From contig NC_058376.1 in NCBI RefSeq assembly GCF_018350175.1, positions 132,618,001 to 132,682,000 on the forward strand: a DNA stretch of 64,000 nucleotides, written 5' to 3'. Position 1 is the stretch's first letter. Each line of letters begins with the position of its first letter. A program made the translations under genes and the position numbers. The notes below the pieces were generated by a model. The model did not search any database and was not told the origin of the DNA. It saw nothing but the letters and a program-made list of their open reading frames with translations. Shown piece by piece: positions 1-9,289 of the stretch. The stretch is from Felis catus. Taxonomy: Eukaryota.

Positions 1-55
1 GGCTCCCATAGTTTCCTGACTTCTTTCAGAAGAACCACCAATCACAATCAAGGGC
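1..55 (-). CDS. HACL1: HACL1 exon 5 (partial, runs off the window): (W)PLIVIGGSSERSQETMGA
   Basis: Reverse strand reads ttcag|G CCC TTG ATT GTG ATT GGT GGT TCT TCT GAA AGA AGT CAG GAA ACT ATG GGA GCC. Matches the HACL1 TPP-binding N-terminal domain, and phase 2 is consistent with exon 4. Confidence 0.95.
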
Positions 56-550
56 CTGAAAAATTCGTTGTTTTAAAAGAGAATTACAAATAAGATAGAC
101 ATGTAAAATACTGAGGAAAGTGCCCAATAAGTAAACAGCAGTGTATGTTGACAGAGAAAATTTCAACAAACTAAATATTTAGTAGGCAACCGGATATGAG
201 AGAACCCTTCTTTAATTCCTTAATTTCAGAAAAATCTGAAATTTATAGTAAATGCTTTTCCTCCATGCCTCCCTCTTCCCAAGTCCTTCTGGATATCATG
301 CTAAATCTCTACCTGTGATAATGTAAAATAACTTTTTATGCCCTTCCCATTATTAGTCTTGGGATTAAGAGGAGGAAACAATTGTTTTTCACACCTTCCT
401 AAGTGAGTCTATTTGGAAATGATGGAGTGAAAGAAACTCCACACCAATAATCCAATCTTATCCTTCAAGGAGAAGAAAAGTTATGGCAAACTTAAAAGTT
501 ACGAAAAACAAAGTCAGGCCCTAAAGAAGGTAAAGAAAGAGAAAGACTAG

Positions 551-1071
551 GAAGGGAGAAAGAAGGCATATGTCAAGAAAGTGAACAATGCCCTCTTACT
601 GGGACATTAGTCTAAATAACACTAAAATATTTAATCTTCTTTCATATTCCTAGTATTAAAGAAGATTAAATATTTTATGAATTGACTAGAACATAACCCC
701 CTCTAACATGATCTTATTGGCTAAAGCATGGATCTTTGATCTTCTTTAGTAACAGATTCATTTAAAACCATTTCCTCTAAGAACTGCAAGTTACAAATAC
801 TGTATATTTTCAATCTTTGGAGTTTTGTTGGGATTCCCTTTATGGCCTCCACATGGTTAGTTTTTACTTTTAAACTACTATAAGAAGAAAGGAAAGAAGG
901 CATCTGGCAAGAAAGCGGACAATGTCCTTCCTACTAGGACATTGGTATAAATAATATCTAAATATTTACTCTTCCTTCATACTAGGATGATACTTCTTTG
1001 TATGAAGGAGGATTAAATGTTTTATGAATTGACTAGAACATAACTCCTTTTAACATGACCTTACTGGTTAA
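551..1071. repeat. Diverged direct duplication (551-723 and ~886-1071) separated by a copy of intron-2 L1-derived sequence
   Basis: Both copies share gaaagaaggcat..caagaaag..acaatg..ggacatt..aaatattta..ttttatgaattgactagaacataac..taacatga.ctta.tgg.taa. Confidence 0.9.
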
Positions 1072-1352
1072 CCCCAAAGATGGGGTTAAGTGCAAGGTCA
1101 AAGAGTAAGTACTAAAGAGCTTATAAAGCAAACTCAAAAAAATCTAAGAATTTCAATTGTCTTGCTAGTTATGCAAAACAAGATAAAGAACTGGATACAT
1201 TCTTACATTCTGAGCTGAGGTGTTTTAAAAATAATTCTGCACTTAAAGAGAACTGCACACACATTCACATATATAGAGAGACACATACACATACATATAC
1301 ACACACACTCCAAAACGTGTTGGTTTTTTTTTAAGGTTTATATACAGTATAG

Positions 1353-1573
1353 TTTTTTTTTTTTTTTTTTCAACGTTTTTTTATTTTTGGGACAGAGAGA
1401 GACAGAGCATGAACGGGGGAGGGGCAGAGAGAGAGGGAGACACAGAATCGGAAACAGGCTCCAGGCTCTGAGCCATCAGCCCAGAGCCTGACGCGGGGCT
1501 CGAACTCCCGGACCGCGAGATCGTGACCTGGCTGAAGTCGGACACTTAACCGACTGCGCCACCCAGGCGCCCC
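1353..1573 (-). mobile_element. SINEC_Fc (young felid Can-SINE)
   Basis: tRNA-derived head GGGGCGCCTGGGTGGCGCAGTCGG, (CT)n and polyA on the minus strand. TSD tacagtatag. Confidence 0.95.
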
Positions 1574-1760
1574 TACAGTATAGTTTTAATGAGTTAAGCG
1601 TAAGCCTGTTCCCACAAGCTTCTACACGTAAGTTTATAAACACTTCTATCTTAATGAAAGATGAATATGAATGACATGTTATACACTGTCTAGTTTCTAT
1701 GAGTTAAACACAGAGCTATCACCATATGCTTCTACACATACGTTTAGAAACACGTATCTT

Positions 1761-1977
1761 GGGACACCTGGGTGGCTCAGTCGGTTAAGCGTCTGACTTC
1801 AGCTCGGGTCACGATCTCACAGTCCGTGAGTTCGAGCCCCATGTCGGGCTCTTTGCTGACAGCTCAGAGCCTGGAGCCTGCTTCAGATTCTGTGTCTCCC
1901 TCTCTCTCTGCCTCTCCCCTGCTCATGCTCTGTCTCTGTCTCAAAAATAAATAAAAACATTAAAAAAACTTTTTTAA
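1761..1977 (+). mobile_element. Can-SINE (SINEC_Fc2-like)
   Basis: Typical head, CT tract and A tail. TSD agaaacac..tatctt. Confidence 0.92.
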
Positions 1978-1992
1978 AGAAACACTTATATC

Positions 1993-2094
1993 TTTTTTAT
2001 TTTTTAGTAGGCTCCATGCCCAATGTAGGGCTTGAACTTATGACCCTGAGATTAAGAGTCCCATGCTTTACCAACTAAACCAGCCAGGCACCCC
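1993..2094 (-). mobile_element. Short Can-SINE (tRNA-Lys-derived)
   Basis: Short SINEC variant ending ccaggcacccc. Confidence 0.8.
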
Positions 2095-2422
2095 TAGAAA
2101 TGTTTATATCTTAGTGAAGGAAGATGTTACTTGAAAGAAGGTTTATACACAAGGGAGACTTAATGAATTAAGCATACGTGTATTCCCATATGCTTCTACA
2201 CATAAGTTTTCCAAAAACTCAAAAATGTGTTTACCAGTAAGTAAGATTACTGATATTTTTTTGTTGTTCTTCCTAATACTATTCTTAATTTAATTTTTTA
2301 CCAAGCCATTCCCTCAAGCACCTGATTCCAGGTCTTCTCACGCTAGATCACTGGTTGTTCCAGTAGGTAAAATCACACACTGACATTTAAGAAAATGTTT
2401 TTAGTAATAGCAATTTAATTAC

Positions 2423-2503
2423 CAACAGTTCATGTTTGCATTTGCCATACCACCCAAAGCATGGATGAGACCTGGGCCAGAAACAACAAGGCATACGCCA
2501 GGC
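2423..2503 (-). CDS. HACL1: HACL1 exon 4 (81 nt): (R)[26 protein letters not shown](W)
   Basis: Acceptor ttctag at 2504-2509 and donor GTAATT at 2422. Contains the SGPG motif of the acetolactate-synthase-like TPP enzyme family. Confidence 0.97.
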
Positions 2504-3128
2504 CTAGAAGCAAAACAGAATTTATTTTATTAAAAGCAGGTCAAGTGGAACAGGTGATTATATCACTTTAGGGGGAAACACGACAACTTTCTTGGACTTC
2601 AAAGGAAGGACATTCAGGTCTTTACTACAATTGGTAAAGCAATTATTAGAATATTTTGTGAATTATAAAAGAAACAAAAGAAAGATTGTATCAGTCTTCC
2701 TGCAAGAAAGAAGAGACCCATCATCTTCACACTATATTTCACTAACTTCTTCATATTTTGAAACTCTTCATATTTTAAAGAGGTTATATTTGGGCCCCAT
2801 TGATTTAACTGTATACAAAAGCAAATTTTTGACGTGGAGTACATTTTTATGTGGAAAAATATCTTTAAAAAATTTTAATAGATAAATATGTCAATTGATA
2901 TCTGACAGAAAGTAATTCTGAAATGGAATGACCTGCCTCAACTTTTTTAAAAATTTAATTTGAATGCTTTACCCTTGATGTGACTTTCTAACTTCAGAAC
3001 ACTCAAGGAAAAAGTATCTCCATATATAATTCAGTTTGCCATTTTATATTCACAAAGTAATTTCTTAAGAAACTCTGTTTAAGACAGCCTTTAAAAGAAA
3101 CAGAAATAAAACATAGACTTGAGTTTAC

Positions 3129-3169
3129 CTGCCTGTCAGATATCCAATCGCAGAGGCAGCATAACAAGC
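3129..3169 (-). CDS. HACL1: HACL1 exon 3 (41 nt): ACYAASAIGYLTG(R)
   Basis: Acceptor tttgtag and donor GTAAAC at 3128. The frame joins exon 2 (phase 0) to exon 4 (phase 2). Confidence 0.96.
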
Positions 3170-3319
3170 CTACAAAGAAAAAATACTGGGACTTAAGCAT
3201 ACTGGGATCATTACCGTAAGTACATGTATAAATATTTACTATTAAATAAAAAACTAGAACAGAGTGGTAAAGGAGGAACTGGAACGCTTTCAGTTTTAAT
3301 AAGTAATGTTCTACCTGTA

Positions 3320-4348
3320 AATTTCAAGTAATGGCTTAGGTATCTAATCTAGCTCTTAGTGTTTCAAGGAATTTGTCTATATCATCTAGTTTATTAATAA
3401 TATCCTTAGATTATTATTAATAATATCTGCAAGATCAACAGAAATGTTCTCTCTCAATCCTAATATTGGCAATTTATGTTTTCTCTCTTCTATTCTTCAT
3501 CAGTCTTGCTAGGGATTTATCAAATTTATTAATCTTTTAAAAGAACCAATTTTTGGCTTTGTTGATTCTACTGTTAGATTCTACTGTTGTTTTCTATTTC
3601 ACTGATTTCTGCTCTTGTATTCATTATTTTACTCCTTTCATTTTAGGTTTAGTTCGGTTTTCTTTCTCTAGCTTCTTAAAATATAAGCTTAAAGCACGGA
3701 TTTTTAAAAATCTTCTTTGCTAATAGATTTACTTAAAGCTATTTCTTCTAAGAACTGCTTTAACTCTACCTTACAAGTTTGAAATCTCATCTTTTCTATA
3801 TCATTCAATTCAAAATATTTCTTATTTTCTGCTGTGATTTCTTCCTCAACCCATTGGTTAGTCAGGGTTCATAGTGATGTGTCCTTTTTCATTCCTGCTA
3901 TTAGTAATTTGTATTTTCTCTCTTTCATTTTTGACCACTCTGCCCTAAAGTTTTTTAGATTTTACCAATCCTTAAAAACGTTTACCAAGTATCAAATATG
4001 TTATTTCACTTTCAAGTTTGGGGATTTTCTAGTTATCTTTCTGTTACTGAATTTATTTCTACGCTGTCAGGTTACATATACTGTATGTTTTCAATCTTTG
4101 AAGATTTGTTGAGATTCCCTTTATGGCCTCCATATGGTTAGTTTTTACTTTTCTTTTTTATTTTATTTTTTTATGTTTATTTATTTCTGAGGGGGACGAG
4201 GGAGCCGGGGAGGGGCAGAGAGAGAGAGGAAGATAGAATATCTGAAGCTTGGACCCATGAACCCTGAGATCATGACATGAGCTGAAGTCAGATGCTTAAC
4301 AAACTGAGCCACCCAGGCACCCTGGTTAGGTTTTACTTTTAAACTACC
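3320..4348 (-). mobile_element. Old L1 fragment (L1M-type) interrupted by a SINE
   Basis: T-rich L1 ORF2 antisense-like sequence (aagaaccaatttttggctttgttgatt). Confidence 0.65.
4150..4323 (-). mobile_element. Can-SINE (internally deleted)
   Basis: SINE motifs. TSD tggttag.ttttactttt. Confidence 0.85.
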
Positions 4349-4511
4349 CTTCAACTGCACAGGAAAAAGGGGAGGTGCTAAATTAAATACAAGATAACCT
4401 GAAAAAGTGCTAAAATACTCTCTCAAATAAATCCTTTTTCTTAGTCTGAGACATCTTTTTCTAGTATTATTTCTTCTCATTTTTTTTTTAGAAATAGTAA
4501 TAAAAATGATA

Positions 4512-4743
4512 TTTTTCTTTTTCTTTTTTTTTTTTTTTTTAACGTTTATTTATTTTTTGGGACAGAGAGAGACAGAGCATGAATGGGGGAGGGGCAGAGA
4601 GAGAGGGAGACACAGAATCAGAAACAGGCTCCAGGTTCTGAGCCATCAGCCCAGAGCCCGACGCGGGGCTCGAACTCACGGACCGCGAGATTGTGACCTG
4701 GCTGAAGTCGGACGCTTAACCGACTGCGCCACCCAGGCGCCCC
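4512..4743 (-). mobile_element. SINEC_Fc (young)
   Basis: Near-identical to the copy at 1353. TSD aaaatgatattttt. Confidence 0.95.
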
Positions 4744-5224
4744 AAAAATGATATTTTTCTAAACTCCACTCAGTTTTATGTGTAGTAGACTTAACTTAAA
4801 TAAACGTTTAGGATATAAGTGTAAAAAAAATTAAAAATAAATTTTTAAGAATCTTTAACTGCTACCACTACCATATGCCCAACTAAGAAAGGGCACACAG
4901 GCTCCATGCCGTTTCTTTGTTACTATTCTCCACTGGCCCTTATCACTTTCCCTTTTGCACACAAGACCAAATTCACACAGGATAGTAATAAGACAACGCC
5001 AAAAATGCAAGTGCATAAAATACAATGTCTGGTGCAATCTGAACACTGAAGAACACTGTCCACTTATTAAAGCGGGGTAAGAAATATTGCTACAGAATGC
5101 AAAATACAAAACAACATACACCAAAAATTATATCCTTCTGGTAGCAAATGTCAAAAGCTGAAAGGAACTCTTTTTATGATCATAAAACATGTATTTCTCT
5201 ACCAAATTACCTCCACTCACAAGC

Positions 5225-5450
5225 AGAATGCTGTGTGTAGTACTTAAGAGAGCAGACTCTAGAACTGAATTGTTTTGATTCGAATCTTGCTCCTCTCCTT
5301 TCTGCTGTGTAGTTTTGGCAAGTTCCTCTGTACCCTGGCTTCCTTATCTATAAAATGAACATGACTGACAGCACTGCTCTGAGGATGAAATCAGTTAACA
5401 TATATGTAAAACATTCAGAACACTGCCTGCACAGTTAGTCCTCAGTAACT
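5225..5450 (+). mobile_element. MIR
   Basis: MIR core-like: ttgggcaag-type motif, ttccttatctataaaatg, tgaggatgaaat. Confidence 0.6.
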
Positions 5451-5559
5451 GTCACATTCCCAACAGTGTGCCTCCCCCCTGGAAAGCCAGTCAGCGTATG
5501 TCTTGATCACGCTAAGGATCTGATGAAAGACCACCAGGTCACAACCATCCACAACCAAC

Positions 5560-6220
5560 TACACCTTTCTCTTTAGCACAAACGTGTAATTGGACGTCAA
5601 GTCCTCTTCGGCCTCTTGAATGGCTTCTGAATCTGTTCTCACACTCTCCTTTCATCACCCTGTCATTACCCTGAATTCAGGCACTAGTTAAGTCTTCCTG
5701 AGTACTGTACTGTGAAGAGTCAGGTTGACTGAGGGGACTACGTACCGGGAACGTCCTACAGGCATCTCAGTCATCAAATTTGCATTCATTACCTTTTCCC
5801 TCCAAATTGGTTCTTCCATCTGTATTCCCGATCTGAGTCAGCGGTGCTGGGATCCCCCTAGTCAGTTAAGCAAGCCCACATCTAAGAATCATCTCCAGAA
5901 GAGCCTGTCCTCTCGTTCCTAGTTGGTTAATGCCCACTCATACTTCAAGACAGCTCAGGGATCATCTCCAGGAAACCTTTTCTGAAGCTTAAGGCTGAGC
6001 TGAGTACCCTTTTCTGGACTTCCACAGCACCCTGAATATATCTCTATCATAGCACTTATCACATTATAATAAAATTGTCTGTTTATGTCTGTCTCCACAG
6101 CCAGGTTATAAGCTCCTCAAGTACAAGGAAAGTATGTCATTCATCTCCATATTCCATATGTCCAGTAAAGCACCTGGGACCTACGGAGGCCCTCCACTGA
6201 GATTACAGGGACTGAAATAA
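5560..6220 (+). mobile_element. L2 fragments
   Basis: L2 3'-region-like motifs (catctccaggaaaccttttctga, gtctgtctcc..aagctcctcaag). Confidence 0.55.
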
Positions 6221-6508
6221 AACTTCAAGCTGCCCTGCTGATCATGATTTCTAGGGTACAAATCTAATTATGTCTCCCACCTATTTCGAAAACCTTTCAG
6301 GTCTCATTCAATGCCTACTAAAAAAGTCCACATTCCTTTTCCAGCCATAGACTTTCTACAACCTCCCCTTAGTCTACCTATTCAGTCTCACAGCTCATTG
6401 TGCCTTTAAGCTATTTTGATGGAACAGCATGAACAAACCTTGCCTTCACGGGTAATCTTCTCTGTCCCACTCAGAGAGAACCAGTCATCCTTTATGTGCA
6501 CCATTCCT

Positions 6509-6511
<3 letters not shown>

Positions 6512-6570
<59 letters not shown>

Positions 6571-6769
6571 TCCCTTGAGAGAAAGGGACAGAGACAAATA
6601 AAGTGCAAGCAGGGAAGGGGAAAAGAGAGAGGGAGACACAGAATCTGAAGCAGACTCCAGGCTATGAGCTGTCAGCACAGAGCCCGACACGGTCTCGAAC
6701 CCATGAACCACAAGATCATGACCTGAGCTGAAGTCAGACACTTAACCGACTGAGCCACCCAGGCGCCCC
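6512..6769 (-). mobile_element. Can-SINE with a (TA)~25 microsatellite in its tail (6512-6561)
   Basis: SINE motifs. TSD tgcaccattcctt. Confidence 0.92.
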
Positions 6770-6795
6770 TATATGCACCATTCCTTATACATACA

Positions 6796-7008
6796 TTTTT
6801 TGTTTTATTTATTTATTTTTCAGAGAGAGAGAGAGAGAGAATGCAAGTGAGCCAGAGAAGGGCAGTGAGAGGGAGAGAGAATCCCAAGCAGACTCTACCC
6901 TGTTAGCCCAGAGCTAGACATGGGGCTCGATCTCATGAATCATGAGATCATGACCTAAGTCAAAATCAGGAGTTGGATGCTTAGCTGACTGAGCCGCCCA
7001 GGTGCCCC
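6796..7008 (-). mobile_element. Can-SINE
   Basis: SINE motifs. TSD ttatacatacatttt. Confidence 0.9.
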
Positions 7009-8329
7009 TTATACATACATTTATAATTATACTATTATAATTACCTCACCTTCCCAAACTTAAAGATCACAACTAAACCTGGTTCCCGAAGGAAATACTG
7101 AAATATAACCCTCTAGATTTGGGCTTGCTTGACTGACTAGGTGAATCACAGTGCCACTGACTCAAATCATGAATACAGAGGGAAGAGCCAATCTGGAGGG
7201 AAAAGGTAGTGAATTCAAAATCAGACATGGGTTTCAGATACCTGTAAGACATTCCTGATATATATTTCCCTCAGTCATGTGACTCATTCCAATAGTCAGA
7301 AGAAGACTTATACACCAGTACCTGGTATGTACTCAATAAATATTTGCTGTTTGAAGAAGAAACCAAACATTCCACCTTCATAAAAAACAGTAAAATATAA
7401 GTTATTTTATTACATTTTACTTACTGACTTATTAATAGGTCAATGGCCTTATTTTCTCACATAGACGACAGAACAGAATATTGTTCCAACTAAGAAGAAA
7501 GAAATGATACAAACTCAAGACCTGATTTAAGATTTTAAAAAACCCATACTCCTCAAATCTTACACTTAAGGCCTGCCATTCAATTAATAAACAATGTGGT
7601 AAGCATTTACATCATGCAAAAGCCCCAAACAAGCCAGGCACTCCGGGGATATAACAAATGAACTACAACTCCTGCTCTCTAGGAGCCTACATGTGATGGC
7701 AGAGAAAGGGTACCACTTAGGGAGGTCAAGGCAGCTGTCTGGGCAACAGATGGTAAGAGCCTGAATTAGAGAGCAACAAACAGTGAGAGCGCAAAGCAGG
7801 AATACTTAGCTTTAGATGGACTGACAGGGTATGACGCTGCAGAAGTAGTTTCTTGACCTTTTAAACCAGCACATAGTAAGCACTGAGACTGGGTTGACAA
7901 AATGTCTCATCTTCCTTTCTTTTGCTTCCAAATAAGCCTCTAGGAAGAGTGGTTGCATGACGCAGTGGAAGGAGGACTGGACTGGGATTTAGGACACCAG
8001 AGTTCTAATCATGGCTTTACCATTTGTGAACCTATTACCTTGCAGGGCCACCTACCATATAACATGAGAGCCTTGGCCTTCACCCATTCATCTCTAGGAA
8101 AGGCCTGAGCACCTATCATGTGCTAGGCACTGGGGATACAGATGGGTCAAGAAGAAATAATATCCCCGCTCTCCTGGATCTCACAGCCTAATAGGGAAGT
8201 CAGACCAGACAAATAATACACAGAAAGAGATACATCATAACAGGTAGTTATGAGAGGACAGAGGGACCGAATTCAGACCAGGAAAAGTGTCCCTTTCAGT
8301 TCCAACGCTCTAGACTTGGCAGAGAACGA

Positions 8330-8545
8330 CCCGGTGTAGTGTCAAGAGCATGGACTTCAGACCCCAGAATACTTGGGTTCAAATCCTGGCTTTTGACACT
8401 AGCAACGTGTCACCTCGGGCAAATTACTCAACCTCTCTGTGTCAACTAGGATTAACAAAAACAGTTCTTGCTTCATAGGATTGCTGCGCTTGGTCTGCTT
8501 GAAGAACGGTGGTAAGGGCTGAGTGTCTGCGATGAATATCTGCTG
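8330..8545 (+). mobile_element. MIR
   Basis: gggttcaaatcctggct...ctcgggcaaattactcaacctctctgtg is the MIR core. Confidence 0.7.
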
Positions 8546-8598
8546 CTATTATCAATCATTCCCAATAACGCTTTCGGCCCCCCACTGTCCATACTCAC

Positions 8599-8703
8599 CG
8601 CTTGCTCATTCCTCATCCCGACATATCTGACGCCCATCCTCTGGGCCGCAACGGCGATTTCGGTCACTGGGATGCCTACGATGCCAAACATGTACTCCAC
8701 ATC
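8599..8703 (-). CDS. HACL1: HACL1 exon 2 (105 nt): [35 protein letters not shown]
   Basis: Acceptor CAG at 8704-8706 and donor GTGAGT at 8598. Contains the RNEQ motif with the TPP-activating Glu. Overlaps ORF 8473..8700. Confidence 0.97.
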
Positions 8704-8879
8704 CTGGGGGCCAAGAACAGGGGAGTAAATGCCCGGGCCCGCGCCACACCGTTCCCTCCCGGGGCGCTAAAAGGAAAGCCTCAAGGAAAACCTCCCCATC
8801 TCCCACCGCACCGCTCTCCTTGTCTCCAAGACAACGTCTCCGCCCCCCCCGCCGGCTTCCGTAGGAGAGTCCACCGTAC

Positions 8880-8969
8880 TTGCGTTTTCAGGGCCTGGGC
8901 GATGACTTCAGCACCAGAAACCTGCTCCTCGTCTCCGTCGCTACGTGCGGCTCTGTTAGTCTCCGACAT
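8880..8969 (-). CDS. HACL1: HACL1 exon 1 coding part: MSETNRAARSDGDEEQVSGAEVIAQALKTQ
   Basis: ATG at 8969-8967 in good context (AAGATGT). EEQVSGAxVIAQALKTQ matches the HACL1 N-terminus. Donor GTACGG at 8879. Confidence 0.95.
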
Positions 8970-9278
8970 CTTCCACCTAAAACTTCGAGATACTCTCGCA
9001 GTCAAACATCAAGCTGACACGTAGACGCCCAGCAAAATAAAGTCAGGGGGACAGCCGCTCACCAATTGTGGAAACCGCCCCTCTGACTGACAAGGAGGAA
9101 GGCAACCAACCAATTTGAAAAGCGGGAAGGAAAAGGCGGGGCTTAAATCCGTCCGCTCGCAGCGTGAGTTGAGAATGTAAACACACTCCTCCAATCAGAG
9201 CCGTGCCCTTTTTCCAGCTCCTCCATTCGCGGGGCCAGAGTGCCAGAAGGAGGCGGGACTAGCAGGAGGCTGAGACCT

Positions 9279-9289
9279 ATGCCAAGCAG
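9279..9289 (+). CDS. BTD: BTD first exon, coding tail MPS(R); the 5'UTR probably starts ~9200-9240
   Basis: ATG CCA AGC AG|GTGAGA is a strong phase-2 donor, in frame with exon 2 (A TTT ATG GTC). The upstream frame (V)PEGGGTSRRLRPMPSR resembles the human alternative N-terminus MPEGGGTSRRLLPMQSR as I recall it. Confidence 0.7.

Larger units (their letters stand above)
1333..2210. repeat. Old ~110-bp tandem repeat (~3 units) interrupted by three SINEs
   Basis: The motif atga(g/a)ttaa...cca(c/t)a(a/t)gcttctacac(g/a)ta(a/c)gttt recurs at ~1589, ~1699 and ~2163. Confidence 0.75.

Noticed and set aside
1761-1840. tRNA-like A/B boxes here and at other SINE heads
   Set aside because: These are tRNA-derived SINE heads, not tRNA genes.
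8602-9024. 140-aa plus-strand ORF overlapping HACL1 exons 1-2
   Set aside because: Stop-poor GC-rich CpG-island sequence, non-ATG start and no recognisable homology.
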